From contig CM000433.1 of the NCBI GenBank assembly GCA_000165345.1, positions 224,001 to 288,000 on the forward strand: a DNA stretch of 64,000 nt, written 5' to 3'. The position numbers and the translations under genes are program-made. Within the stretch, counting starts at the first letter, position 1, and every line of letters begins with the position of its first letter. The notes under the pieces were generated by a model, which was not told the DNA's origin, did not search any database, and saw only the letters and a program-made list of their open reading frames with translations. Positions 31,036 through 41,538 of the stretch are shown one piece after another.

Positions 31036-31454
31036 TCACAAAGTTGTGGTTCTACGTTGATATTTTATTGCATATTATTAATAATAGTAGAGCAAACTAA
31101 TTAAATATATGATATGATTAGTAATTACCAAATAATCGTTTATACTCTCTTTAAAAGAAATTTTTTTTTTGATTAAATTCACCTATAAAAACGATAAAAA
31201 AAAGTCGCAAATTTATAAAATGACGTTATGTCTCTGAGTCACTGAGTTTTATAATTAAATATAAGAAATAATTTAACAAATCAAGTTTTTTGCGACTATT
31301 TTTAAGAACGAGTGTAAATGAAACTTTTTTGAGCAGACTAAGATATTTGTATATCTTGGATAAATCATTAAAGTGATACTAAATGCTGGTAATAACCGGG
31401 GCTAATCAAGCAAGATTATGTCTTGCGTTATCGTTAATCCTGACCTGTCACTGG

Positions 31455-32570
31455 CTATAATTCTTGGACTTTATTGCCGATTAATCTTTTGTATCCAAGT
31501 GGTCCTTTCAACCTAACCCTTTCTCGTATGTCTTTTCCAAATATTCCTTCATTTTGACAGTTTATATCATATTGGGGATATTTGGCATTTGTTTCTTTCG
31601 CGTTCCCACTTCTAATACGGTTTCTTCCGTCACTGTATTTGTTCCATTCTGTATTTCCCACGGAATCTTCTGGAAATATATTTGCTGCCTTTTTTATCTG
31701 AATTGGGATGGATCTACTCTTCTTTTGTGCTGAAAACGCTACCCTTGACTTGTAATTAGTGGGATTACTACTGGGGATTGTAGGAATAATTGGAATTTCT
31801 GAGTTAGTGAGATTTATTGAAAATGCCTTTTTGCTTCCTATATAATCTTCTCTTTTTATACCTGTAATAATTGGTTTCATAAAAATTAAATTATTTGTTA
31901 TAGTCTTCTGAGCTAATATTTTTGAACTTTTTGAAAGCAATAACTTGCCAGGATTCCATACACAATAATTATTTCGACAATCATTTTTTATATCGTTTAT
32001 TTTGATTATGTCTTTAAGGAATCCATTACTGCATAATTTAGGCAAATATAATTGATTAATACCTAATCTTGAATTGAAAGGAACAAATTTTCTTTCTTGT
32101 GTTATTGGGAATGCCAAATGATTTCTTGATATACTGTTTCTCTTTGGAATAATTACTTTATGCATAGGCATTATATCAAATCTCCAATTTAATAAATGAT
32201 TTTCTGCTATTTCACTTCTTTCGTTAAAAATTTTTGATTGTAAACTAGAACTCGATTCATTATTGTATTCTTTATAAAACATAATTTTTTTTAATTGGTT
32301 GGATATCCATTTTTTTTTGTGTATATTTTTTTCCTTAATATAAACATATTTTAATAGTTTAATGATAAAGTATATATCGTTATTTTTGTTTTCGCAATAG
32401 ACATTTAATACAGATTTTGAATTTCTCAAATCATTTATGTTTACAATATTTAAAAATGACTTTTTATAAATTTTAAGAAATGGAAATATTAGATTTGAAA
32501 TGTTTCCTTTCTTGTGATCAATTTCATTCGATTTACAACTTGAAAAAGAAGATAAAAATAAAATAGCCAT
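31455..32570 (-). CDS. hypothetical protein with hydrophobic N-terminus (possible signal peptide), 371 aa
   Basis: Long ORF with a true ATG; N-terminus 'MAILFLSSFSSC'. No recognisable domain. Confidence 0.4.
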   Translation of the reverse strand: MAILFLSSFSSCKSNEIDHKKGNISNLIFPFLKIYKKSFLNIVNINDLRNSKSVLNVYCENKNNDIYFIIKLLKYVYIKEKNIHKKKWISNQLKKIMFYKEYNNESSSSLQSKIFNERSEIAENHLLNWRFDIMPMHKVIIPKRNSISRNHLAFPITQERKFVPFNSRLGINQLYLPKLCSNGFLKDIIKINDIKNDCRNNYCVWNPGKLLLSKSSKILAQKTITNNLIFMKPIITGIKREDYIGSKKAFSINLTNSEIPIIPTIPSSNPTNYKSRVAFSAQKKSRSIPIQIKKAANIFPEDSVGNTEWNKYSDGRNRIRSGNAKETNAKYPQYDINCQNEGIFGKDIRERVRLKGPLGYKRLIGNKVQEL

Positions 32571-32758
32571 TTTAATATATAAATATATATTGTAATAAAT
32601 CGTGTGGAAACATTTTTTTTTAAATATATTTGTAAAATTTATTTTTAGTTTTTACATTTTTTTTAAATATATTTGGTGTGTAATTATGGGTGATAATAGA
32701 TTAAGAAAAAAAATAGTATAATGCTTCATATTTGAATAAATGACTATTTCTAAGAGTA

Positions 32759-34249
32759 ATGAAAAATCATTATGAGAATAGTGGTTTATTTCAATCATGT
32801 TTAGAAAAAGTAGAAGATTATTTTACTCTTGACTTGATTAAGCTGTCTTCAAATGGCTGCTATAATGATTTAGAATGTTTAGGTGGTCAGTTAAAATTTT
32901 CATGTTTAACACTACCACCTAAAGGCTTGAATGCATCAAGTGAAGATATTATTGTAGGCATTCCTGTTGGAACATTCAATTCGAGTCAGCTAAGAAAGTT
33001 AGCAAAAATCGTGGAAAATCTTGTTATATTAGAGGAATTGAAGTTTTTCAGATTTTTCGATTTTTTTATTTCATTTTCAAATAAAGATCCAACAAAAAAA
33101 GAATATTTTTTGTTAGATCTTACCAAAAGTGATGGACTAAAATCTGATTTCAAAGAATCAAACGTTTTGATCGAGACAATATATAAAAAAAATTTGGATA
33201 ATTTAGAGTTAAGTGAGACACTAAAACCACTAATTCATGGTACTCTAAAGAAAAAAATAAATGTTATGCAAAGTTTATTAGACCATTTTACTAAAAATAC
33301 AAATTTATTAATTGACCAAGTCATGGATAAATTTGATGAAAAATCAATAAACTTGAACAGGAAACTCGAGACGGCACAAAACAAAATATTGTTACAGGAG
33401 GCAAAAGTAAATCGTCTTAATGATGTAGCTTGGAAAATTATTAAGCAATTTGGTGAATTAAAAGAACTGGATTTTTCAGAAAGTGAAACAATTTTTTGTG
33501 TGGATATAAGTAAGGAACAACTAGAAGAAAAAACTTATAGAGAAGTACTGACGTTACAAGAAGCACTTCAAATAAGAAGATCACATGGGGGAGAAGGATT
33601 GCCAGAAGATTTTGAATCACCTGACAAATTATTGCAGTTTGGAAGAGTTGAAGGTGGAGCTCCGAATAACTTTGAAGATGAAATTAGCCCACAGGAAAAG
33701 GAAGTAATTTCGAAAAATCTCCAAGAGGGTATTTGGGATCCAATGAAAAACAATACAAACTTAAATCATATGCACTTCCGTAAAATTGACTGGATGCAAA
33801 CCGACACCATACACCCTGCATTTATACAATTATTGAAATTAAAAACAAACAGTGAATCAAAAGATGAAATAAAAAATAAAATAGAAACGTGTTCAAGAAA
33901 TAAAATTTATGATCCAATTTCTGATTATAAAATTAAGAAATTAAATATGATAGATAACATGACTGAAAATAATAAACATTCAACTGTATTTAGTTATCTA
34001 GGTAGGCCAATTCCAAATTTACGTCATCAAGAAATGCCATGCATTCCAAGACAAAAAATTATTGAAAGCATACAACATTCCATGAATACAGAAGTTTCAA
34101 TGAATAAGAAATGGAAGAGCTATGGAAGACCAATAGTAAAAAGAGATATGAAACTTAAAAATCCTGAAGGGTTGAGGATTGAACCACTGAATACCAAAGT
34201 TAGTGACTTTGAAATTTCTAGTAAAGATGTTTATAATATACTGCTTTAG
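32759..34249 (+). CDS. hypothetical protein, 496 aa
   Basis: Long ORF with a true ATG at 32759. Central coiled-coil segment. No domain recognised. Confidence 0.45.
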   Translation: MKNHYENSGLFQSCLEKVEDYFTLDLIKLSSNGCYNDLECLGGQLKFSCLTLPPKGLNASSEDIIVGIPVGTFNSSQLRKLAKIVENLVILEELKFFRFFDFFISFSNKDPTKKEYFLLDLTKSDGLKSDFKESNVLIETIYKKNLDNLELSETLKPLIHGTLKKKINVMQSLLDHFTKNTNLLIDQVMDKFDEKSINLNRKLETAQNKILLQEAKVNRLNDVAWKIIKQFGELKELDFSESETIFCVDISKEQLEEKTYREVLTLQEALQIRRSHGGEGLPEDFESPDKLLQFGRVEGGAPNNFEDEISPQEKEVISKNLQEGIWDPMKNNTNLNHMHFRKIDWMQTDTIHPAFIQLLKLKTNSESKDEIKNKIETCSRNKIYDPISDYKIKKLNMIDNMTENNKHSTVFSYLGRPIPNLRHQEMPCIPRQKIIESIQHSMNTEVSMNKKWKSYGRPIVKRDMKLKNPEGLRIEPLNTKVSDFEISSKDVYNILL

Positions 34250-34263
34250 ATGAATTTGGAAAT

Positions 34264-35019
34264 TTAGTATGTTGATGAGCTAATATTAATTATAGAAAGT
34301 GGGTTAGGACTTGACCTTGATTGCGCTTGCTTTAGAAGATGTTGCACTTCAGGTGCATCGGGGTGCACTTTCATAGTATGCTGTGTAAGTCCACTTTGAT
34401 TTCTGCATTTTCTTTGGCAGTATCTACATATGAAATGTTCATTGTTCTGTGTCTGAATATAATTAGGACTTGAGGAGGAGTTTCCTATTGATATTCCTAT
34501 ACCGTTTTGAGGATCAAATTCTGGTGATATTGATGCGATAGGTTCATAACACAACTTTGATAATTGAGGATTTGAAATGATATTTGGGTTTTCACACGAT
34601 TGTAAATTTTGTTGGTCAGAAATTTTTTGGTCGTTTATCCTAAAGTCTACATTGTTAGCTTCAAAATAAATTGGTTGAGAAGTGTTTGATGATAAGATAG
34701 GCGAATTTAAAGCTATGTTTGGTGCTCTATTGGAAATTGTTTGTTGGGGAGTTGCCCTTTTATTTTCTGATGAATAATCACAGGAAAATACTGGTCTTAG
34801 AAGATCATTAACGGTTAGGTGATTTGGAGCCTTTGGCTGGTTACTTAAGTGCGCAAGCAAGAACAAATTTTTTTGTAGCCTTGAAAGTAATACTCTCAAA
34901 AATTCTTCATGTCTATCATTTTTTTTAAATGAGTTGATTCCGTAAATTAACTGTTTATTTTCCTGAATTATATTTTCTACCTGTTCATGCGAAAAAAATG
35001 ACTTATTTGAATACGGCAT
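34264..35019 (-). CDS. C2H2 zinc-finger protein (single C-terminal finger), ~252 aa
   Basis: C-terminal 'FICRYCQRKCRNQSGLTQHTMKVHPD'. The track start (35175) is a TTG; the first ATG is at 35017-35019 (MPYSNKSFF...). Confidence 0.5.
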   Translation of the reverse strand: MPYSNKSFFSHEQVENIIQENKQLIYGINSFKKNDRHEEFLRVLLSRLQKNLFLLAHLSNQPKAPNHLTVNDLLRPVFSCDYSSENKRATPQQTISNRAPNIALNSPILSSNTSQPIYFEANNVDFRINDQKISDQQNLQSCENPNIISNPQLSKLCYEPIASISPEFDPQNGIGISIGNSSSSPNYIQTQNNEHFICRYCQRKCRNQSGLTQHTMKVHPDAPEVQHLLKQAQSRSSPNPLSIINISSSTY

Positions 35020-35408
35020 GATGCTAAATAGTGAACTTAAAATTTTTTTTGTAATAAATTCGTGCTTTATTATAAGACTGAATAAAACCTTCCCAAATAG
35101 CGAAAGCTTTATTATATACTTAAAAAGTATTTCAAAATGAATTAGATTGATCACCCAGATACAATATCTATGCAAGTATTATTAAAGGCTTTAATAATTA
35201 GTACACTAAGAATACACAAAATTAAGCTTTTTTGCTTTAATTACCTTTGATAAATTTCTGAAATAAACTTAATGAGCTTTTTGAATAGCATTAAATACTT
35301 ATTCTGTTATAGACTTCTGTTATGAATATTAAAAAACATTATTTGCCCTGCTATTTCTAAAGCGCTTAAAGAAATTAGCATTAGATTTGCGAAACAAAGT
35401 TAAACAAT

Positions 35409-37139
35409 ATGGGGCCCATCATTCGTGATATTTTGGGCGTCACTCCCAATATAAAAATAGTTTCCCAGATGAACGAGAAGCTGAAGAATGATGATTCACC
35501 TGGTAATTATGGAAAGAAAACACTTAAAAGTCCAAATTTGGAGATGGTTAGCATTCCTATTAATACTTCAATTGGAATTTCATCAAAACAAAAACCTATA
35601 TCTAATTGGGAATGGGTTAAATTTAGGAATAGCGCACGCAATGATTCTCTTAAATTATATCACTGGTCAAAAGTACAAAGTTCAAACAAGCAAGAGGTTT
35701 GCATTAGCGGAAATAAAGAATTGAATTTAAAAGATAAATTAAAGAAAGAAAATAACTCTGTTCTTACTCCCACAGATGATACTTTGCAAAAAGATAGCCA
35801 TACGAGTAATTATTATTTTTCGAAGTTCAATAAGCATCCAACCATTTATAGCATTCAATCAGACCAATACAACAAATTTATCAAGGATATAGATCCTGAT
35901 TGGACAGAAGATGATACTTATTTACTATTTGACTTGTGTAAGGAATTCGATTTAAGATTTATCGTTATTCACGACAGATATATTCCGCCATCTGGGAAAC
36001 AACGTACACTGGAACAACTTAAACAAAGATATTACTCTGTTTCAAAAAAGTTGGTTGAACTCAGCTTCGACTCTAGAAGGAGAGCTCTTGGAAATTCTCC
36101 TGACCCATCAATTCTTGCTTCTCTCAAGGAGGAACGTAATCGGCATCCATATATTAGGTATTCATATAATTTTGAGCAAGATAGAAATAGAAGAGTTGCT
36201 TTGATTGAAAGTTTTAGTGATCGAAATACAAGGAAAAATGCCAAGAAAATTATTTCTGATATTCATCCAAAGCCTAATCAACACAATAACAAGAAAGGGA
36301 GTATGTATATACAAAAATGCGTAGGGGATTTGGTTGAAATTGAAAATGAAATTGAGCAAGAGTTTAAGTTCATCTCAAAGCTAAAATTACATGATTCATT
36401 CGGCCCAAAGAAAAGCGGCGTTACGACCGTAGGAGCATTATGCTTTCAATATATTTCCAATCTTCCTAGGAAATTCTCTTCAGATGTAGAGAATTTTTTA
36501 AAACATTTCAAACTTGATATTTTCCCATTGCCATTTTTAAATATTGAAGTTGCAGAACAATACTGTGCAATGAGGTGCGATTTATTAATTTTACTTTCAA
36601 CCAGAAAAAAACTACAACGTCTAAATTCGTTCAAACATGCTTGGCAAGAAAAATTGAGGAATGCAATTATTCAAAATGATGAGTTTGGGCATGCAAATCA
36701 AGTTGAGCACGATGAAAAAAATAGAAGCTCTTTAGTCAATTCTTCAGGAAGACAATATCATGCTTCCGTTCCATCACCTGCTCTCAACACTTCAAGAAGT
36801 TTTTCCTCGAAAACTAGAGGCAAATCCATTAGAATGCAAGAGCAAACATCAGGCCAAATTGTTATTTCCGATGTAAATAATATTTCAATCGCAACACAAT
36901 TTAATCAAAATAATGAAGCAGTGAAGAGGGATACTGATTTAATTGAAAAGCCCAGGAAAAGGTCTAAATCAAATGTTTCAAGGTTTTTAACTCAACAAAA
37001 TGGGTTTTCTAATCAACATGGAACTCATTTGAGCTCCATACAAATATTAAATGGGCAAGCTGTTGCTACACCCACAAATTCTACACAGAACGAGCAGTTT
37101 TTGCTACATAACGACTCAATAATTAGAAGTGATATTTGA
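35409..37139 (+). CDS. DMAP1: DMAP1 / SWC4 (Eaf2) homolog, SANT-domain subunit of NuA4 / SWR1-type complexes, 576 aa
   Basis: 'DPDWTEDDTYLLFDLCKEFDLRFIVIHDRYIPPSGKQRTLEQLKQRYYSVSKKL' is colinear with the DMAP1/SWC4 SANT domain ('[27 protein letters not shown]...RSVEDLKERYY'). Confidence 0.8.
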   Translation: MGPIIRDILGVTPNIKIVSQMNEKLKNDDSPGNYGKKTLKSPNLEMVSIPINTSIGISSKQKPISNWEWVKFRNSARNDSLKLYHWSKVQSSNKQEVCISGNKELNLKDKLKKENNSVLTPTDDTLQKDSHTSNYYFSKFNKHPTIYSIQSDQYNKFIKDIDPDWTEDDTYLLFDLCKEFDLRFIVIHDRYIPPSGKQRTLEQLKQRYYSVSKKLVELSFDSRRRALGNSPDPSILASLKEERNRHPYIRYSYNFEQDRNRRVALIESFSDRNTRKNAKKIISDIHPKPNQHNNKKGSMYIQKCVGDLVEIENEIEQEFKFISKLKLHDSFGPKKSGVTTVGALCFQYISNLPRKFSSDVENFLKHFKLDIFPLPFLNIEVAEQYCAMRCDLLILLSTRKKLQRLNSFKHAWQEKLRNAIIQNDEFGHANQVEHDEKNRSSLVNSSGRQYHASVPSPALNTSRSFSSKTRGKSIRMQEQTSGQIVISDVNNISIATQFNQNNEAVKRDTDLIEKPRKRSKSNVSRFLTQQNGFSNQHGTHLSSIQILNGQAVATPTNSTQNEQFLLHNDSIIRSDI

Positions 37140-37153
37140 TATTCGAATATATA

Positions 37154-38473
37154 TTACGAATTTTCACTTTCTGAAGACCATACTCTAATGGTGCGGTCTA
37201 ACCCAACTGTGATAATTCTTTGTCCATTTGAAGAAATATCCATACCTGTAATTTTATGTGAATTAGTATCTACACGCTTTATGCATGAATAAGTTATACG
37301 GCTAAAGTCTGAATTAAAGTCAATTGTAGACTCATTCTTAAGCTTTGAAGTCGACCAAATTTTGATGCTTTCGTCTAAAGACGCAGAGGCAATGTATCTC
37401 CCTTTTTTTGGTTCGTACTGAACTTTTGAAATCTGTTTCGAATGCCCCAAAAGGCTAGATAACAAAGGTTTGTCAAATCTTCTTAAATCCCAAATCTTAA
37501 TATAATTATCTTGAGAGGATGTAATAAATGTAGCGTCACAGTTGGGAGAAAACTGAGAGGTAATGATTTTTTTTGAGTGAGCCAGCTGGGATAATATTGA
37601 CCTTCCCGTTCGGATATCCCAAATCCTGAATGCCCCTCCAGAATCTCCACTAACAACGAGAGCTCCATCTGGATGCACATCTAACCCGAAGATTGGTCTA
37701 GAATGACCTTCCTGAACTTGAACTTGATTTAAAGTTTCAATGTCCCAGATTCTCCATGTTTCGTCACTGCTAGCAGAAAATAAATGTTTTGAAAATGGAT
37801 GTATAACGATTTTATTTACCTGATCTTCATGTCCGATGTATTTATTTTCCACTTGACTGTTATTCCATAAAAATATGTTTGCATTTAAATCGCAGGAAAA
37901 TAGTTTTGAATTTCCCTCGTCTGTAACAATCCAGTTTACATCTGTAATGCTATGCTTATGAGACTTTAGGAAAAAGTCCTGAATTAATTTTTTTGAATCC
38001 CAAACTTTTAAGTCACCACTCAAGCCATATGTGGCAATTTTGTCTTCAAGCGGAGAAATGCTGCATCCCAATATATATCTAGTATCACACATTTCACAAA
38101 TGTTTTGTCTGATATTCAGCGTGAAACGGGTCAAAAAATCATCCTTTTCTTTTGTTAAGATTTTTTCAGAAAATTCTCTAGTATATTTTAATCTGTAATA
38201 TGATTTCTTAATCGATAGTGCGAGGATTTTCTTCCTAAAAGACATCAATTCATCTGTTCCTTCTGAAAAAAATGTCTCTTTTGCCAAGGGCTTGACAGAA
38301 TCCTTAATTACTTCAGTCGAGTTTTTTTGCCTTTCAATTAAATTAGATAGCCTTTCTCTTCTTCTATACTGATCTTCTCCAAAGTAGCATATCGGTTCTC
38401 CAAGTTCGCGAAGTTGAAGTTTTACAATTTCATCATTTGTAGAAACAGCCGAGTTGATAAATATGTAATTCAT
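37154..38473 (-). CDS. PRPF4: U4/U6 snRNP protein Prp4 (WD40, with N-terminal PRP4/SFM domain), 439 aa
   Basis: 'LQLRELGEPICYFGEDQYRRRERL' is the Prp3-binding SFM motif. It is followed by seven WD repeats (WD/WR dipeptides). Confidence 0.85.
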   Translation of the reverse strand: MNYIFINSAVSTNDEIVKLQLRELGEPICYFGEDQYRRRERLSNLIERQKNSTEVIKDSVKPLAKETFFSEGTDELMSFRKKILALSIKKSYYRLKYTREFSEKILTKEKDDFLTRFTLNIRQNICEMCDTRYILGCSISPLEDKIATYGLSGDLKVWDSKKLIQDFFLKSHKHSITDVNWIVTDEGNSKLFSCDLNANIFLWNNSQVENKYIGHEDQVNKIVIHPFSKHLFSASSDETWRIWDIETLNQVQVQEGHSRPIFGLDVHPDGALVVSGDSGGAFRIWDIRTGRSILSQLAHSKKIITSQFSPNCDATFITSSQDNYIKIWDLRRFDKPLLSSLLGHSKQISKVQYEPKKGRYIASASLDESIKIWSTSKLKNESTIDFNSDFSRITYSCIKRVDTNSHKITGMDISSNGQRIITVGLDRTIRVWSSESENS

Positions 38474-38717
38474 ACTTGGTATGAAGACAACAAATTATAA
38501 CATACAAAGATTGATAATATTAAATAATCAAATCTTATACAAAGTAGCTCAAATATTAATCATCTCCTTAAAATTCACTGAATGATATCGATCTATTACA
38601 AGAATTTGGCTTTATTTGTTTTACTCCCCTTAAGTGAGGAAAATGATTACCGCAATAATTTAGAACAGCATTTTTTTCTTTTTTACGAGAAATTAAGAAA
38701 TATTAACAGTTGGATTT

Positions 38718-40052
38718 ATGACCGAAAATCAAGGATATAAGCAAGACATTTTGAGTAGTAGTACTCCAAATATGTCTAAAGAAAATAAAAATGAAAAGAT
38801 AAACACTACTTTTGACGCAGATCAAGATAATAGCACAAAGCCAATTATTGAAAAAATTCCATTACACACAGAAGCTGAATACAATTGCTGTGAAGATGTT
38901 AAAGTTAAAAATAATGCTGACTACCCAATTAGAGAGCATAATGGCGTAAATAACTCTCATAATGTTTCAGAGTATGCAGTTCAAGGAGAAGTTTATTCTT
39001 GCATGGAACCATTAGTTTACGATAAAAACAACAACAACACTATTGTTCTTGTTACTGGAGCAACGGGATTTATTGCATCACATATTGTGGAGCGATTGTT
39101 GCTTAGAGGATATAAAGTTCGTGCAACAACAAGATCGAAAAATAGCCAAAATTCGGACTCTTTATTAAATTTCCATTTTGCTGATGAGAATTTAATGCTT
39201 TATGAAGCAGATTTATTAAATAGTGAATGCTGGAAAGAGTTGGTTAAGGGATGTAGAATTGTGATTCATTGCGCGTCTCCATATAAAATGGATTGTAAGG
39301 ATCCATATGAAATTATAGATCCTGCAATTATTGGAACAAAAAATGTTATTCATGCATGCTGTATGTGCGATGATGTAAAGACTGTTGTTTTAACTTCATC
39401 AATTGCCGCGGTTGTAGGGGCTTATAAAGATGGAAAAGTATATTCCGAGATTGATTGGAATGAAGATTGTAATCCTTTGATACACCCATATTTGTACAGT
39501 AAGGTTGAAGCAGAGAAAATAGCTTATAAGGTAGTGGATGAATGCCGTAAGTCACTAAATCTAATAGTTGTGAACCCGGGCATGGTAATTGGTCCTTCTT
39601 ATAGAAGTGATGTAAATCAATCGGTTCAATGGATTTATAATATGATTACTGGTAGAATGCCACTGACTGTAGACTTACAGACAGGCTGGGTTGATGTAAG
39701 AGATGTCGCAGAAATACATATTAGACTTTTCGAGTCTGGCAAATTTTCCGGGAGATTTATTTGTATCGAAGGAATGTATACATTTCTCGATATTTCTAGA
39801 ATGATAAAACACATCTCACCTCAGCTAAACCCACCTAATCATTCCCTTCCTAATTTCATAGCCAAAATTATTCTTCCTCTATTCGCTTCAAAAAATGAGA
39901 AAGATTTTTTGAAAACATCATTAGGAAAAAGAATATTACTTAGCAATGGTAGGTTATTATCGCATCTACCTAATTACAAATTTTTGTCGACATTCGAATC
40001 GGTAAAAGATACATGTAATGATTTAACAAACAAGTTCGATATCAAAAAATAA
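38718..40052 (+). CDS. NAD(P)-dependent epimerase/dehydratase, extended SDR (cinnamoyl-CoA reductase / 3-beta-HSD-like), 444 aa with Asn-rich N-extension
   Basis: 'IVLVTGATGFIASHIVERLLLRGYKV' Rossmann motif. Catalytic 'YSKVEAEK' (Y-x3-K). Confidence 0.8.
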   Translation: MTENQGYKQDILSSSTPNMSKENKNEKINTTFDADQDNSTKPIIEKIPLHTEAEYNCCEDVKVKNNADYPIREHNGVNNSHNVSEYAVQGEVYSCMEPLVYDKNNNNTIVLVTGATGFIASHIVERLLLRGYKVRATTRSKNSQNSDSLLNFHFADENLMLYEADLLNSECWKELVKGCRIVIHCASPYKMDCKDPYEIIDPAIIGTKNVIHACCMCDDVKTVVLTSSIAAVVGAYKDGKVYSEIDWNEDCNPLIHPYLYSKVEAEKIAYKVVDECRKSLNLIVVNPGMVIGPSYRSDVNQSVQWIYNMITGRMPLTVDLQTGWVDVRDVAEIHIRLFESGKFSGRFICIEGMYTFLDISRMIKHISPQLNPPNHSLPNFIAKIILPLFASKNEKDFLKTSLGKRILLSNGRLLSHLPNYKFLSTFESVKDTCNDLTNKFDIKK

Positions 40053-40092
40053 AATTGAAATGATCTAGATATATTATTAGCTATTTCTACAA

Positions 40093-41253
40093 CTAGAGTC
40101 CTTTGCCTTCAAGGCTAATTTTCATTGCATGCTTAGATCTGTTCCTAGTGCGACTACTTCTGTTAATGCTAATATTTCCAATCGACTTATCTGTAAATGT
40201 GCTTGCATTGTGCTCTATACTTGAGTTATCGTTTTGCGGGATTACCTTGAAGTTATAGCCAGTATTAATTGGGATTCTCGCCGTTCTGGGTTCAATATGG
40301 AATGAACTTTTTTTAGAAGTTGACTCATTATTGTTAGATTTAATTTGTGATTTCAGGCTTTCAGGTGTAATTGGAACTTTATCAATTGTTTCCAAGGATG
40401 AGGGCCTATCTTTAGAAATAAGTCTCACCCAGCGTTGTATTAGCGTTCTTATAATTTGTCTATTCTCAATGGTCTCAGCAGAATTTTTCCAAAGTTTACA
40501 CAAAGTTTTTCCTAATTCTGTAGAGGTTATATCTTCTTCTCCCAAAGGAATGTTGCTTATTAGTTTTAAAATTTTATTTCGTATTGATAGGTTTGGAAGA
40601 GTGCCGTCTTTAAAAGGCGAAAGCCATTGACTTAGAACATCGAGCACCCCCTCAGAAATAAAGTAATTCGATAGGTTATTCATCGATACTCTTTTACAAA
40701 CTTCATCAATCATTTTCAGTTTTGAAATTGCAACTTTTCCATCAGAATAAGCAATTTCATCCTTATTAGCTGCATCTTTCATTAGTTGAATAAATTCCCT
40801 AATTTCAGTACGGACTTCCGTTTCAGAAAATTTCCTTCCAAGAGAATTTTTGTGAACATTCAAACTTGTGTCTTCAATAAAGTCATTGCTAATTTTCTCG
40901 TCGCATTCATCGTCTGATGATTTAATTCCTCCCTCGACTCGAATAATATCATCCTCATCAAAATCAGAAGACCCGTCTTCAACTATAAAGTCATCAACAC
41001 GCAAATCATCGTTATTAGGAAGAACAAATTTGTTATTTTTTTCATCATTTACATGAATTTGAGTGAAATGTTTTTTAATCTTTCTTTTTTTCCTTTTAAC
41101 TTCATGTAAGTTTTTGGTTTCTTGTTCTTTTTCCGGAAAAGTGTTGGAATTAAATTGCTCTGAAGTTACTAATTCAAGATCTATAATTGATTCACCAATT
41201 CTGTTCGTTCTATTGTTAGATATTCCGGAGTCGAATTCGTTAGTTTCAACCAT
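40093..41253 (-). CDS. IWS1: transcription elongation factor IWS1 / Spn1 homolog (TFIIS-N domain), 386 aa
   Basis: 'VAISKLKMIDEVCKRV...GVLDVLSQWLSPFKDGTLPNLSIRNKILKLISNIPL...ENRQIIRTLIQRWVRLI' is colinear with the IWS1 core ('PAIKKLKML...GSLPNINIR...KLIDKWSRPIF'). Acidic N-terminal region. Confidence 0.8.
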   Translation of the reverse strand: MVETNEFDSGISNNRTNRIGESIIDLELVTSEQFNSNTFPEKEQETKNLHEVKRKKRKIKKHFTQIHVNDEKNNKFVLPNNDDLRVDDFIVEDGSSDFDEDDIIRVEGGIKSSDDECDEKISNDFIEDTSLNVHKNSLGRKFSETEVRTEIREFIQLMKDAANKDEIAYSDGKVAISKLKMIDEVCKRVSMNNLSNYFISEGVLDVLSQWLSPFKDGTLPNLSIRNKILKLISNIPLGEEDITSTELGKTLCKLWKNSAETIENRQIIRTLIQRWVRLISKDRPSSLETIDKVPITPESLKSQIKSNNNESTSKKSSFHIEPRTARIPINTGYNFKVIPQNDNSSIEHNASTFTDKSIGNISINRSSRTRNRSKHAMKISLEGKGL

Positions 41254-41538
41254 AGGAAAAAAACAATTTTTAATGGCATTCGCCCGCTATGAATTTTAAG
41301 GAATAATTATTTATTAACAATTAAAAAAAAAGTCATTTTGGGGAAAGGAAAGGGCAGTTAATTAAGAATTATATCTTTTAGTTAACTCAGGAATCTGCTT
41401 CTAAAGGCTAAATTCAAGTTTTAGTCATTTTTGACTACCAGAGAACTAGGGTAACTCCAATTAATATTCTTGATCATCTGGTTAATTAATATGCGAATCT
41501 ATTTCAAAACAACTATAAATTGAAATAAAGTTTTTATC

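Noticed and set aside
5927-37139. H2A.Z and SWC4/DMAP1, or the two TFIIIC subunits, as a functional 'gene cluster'.
   Set aside because: The genes are 29-45 kb apart with many unrelated genes between them. Eukaryotic genomes of this kind do not organise such functions in operon-like clusters, so the co-occurrence is most likely coincidental.
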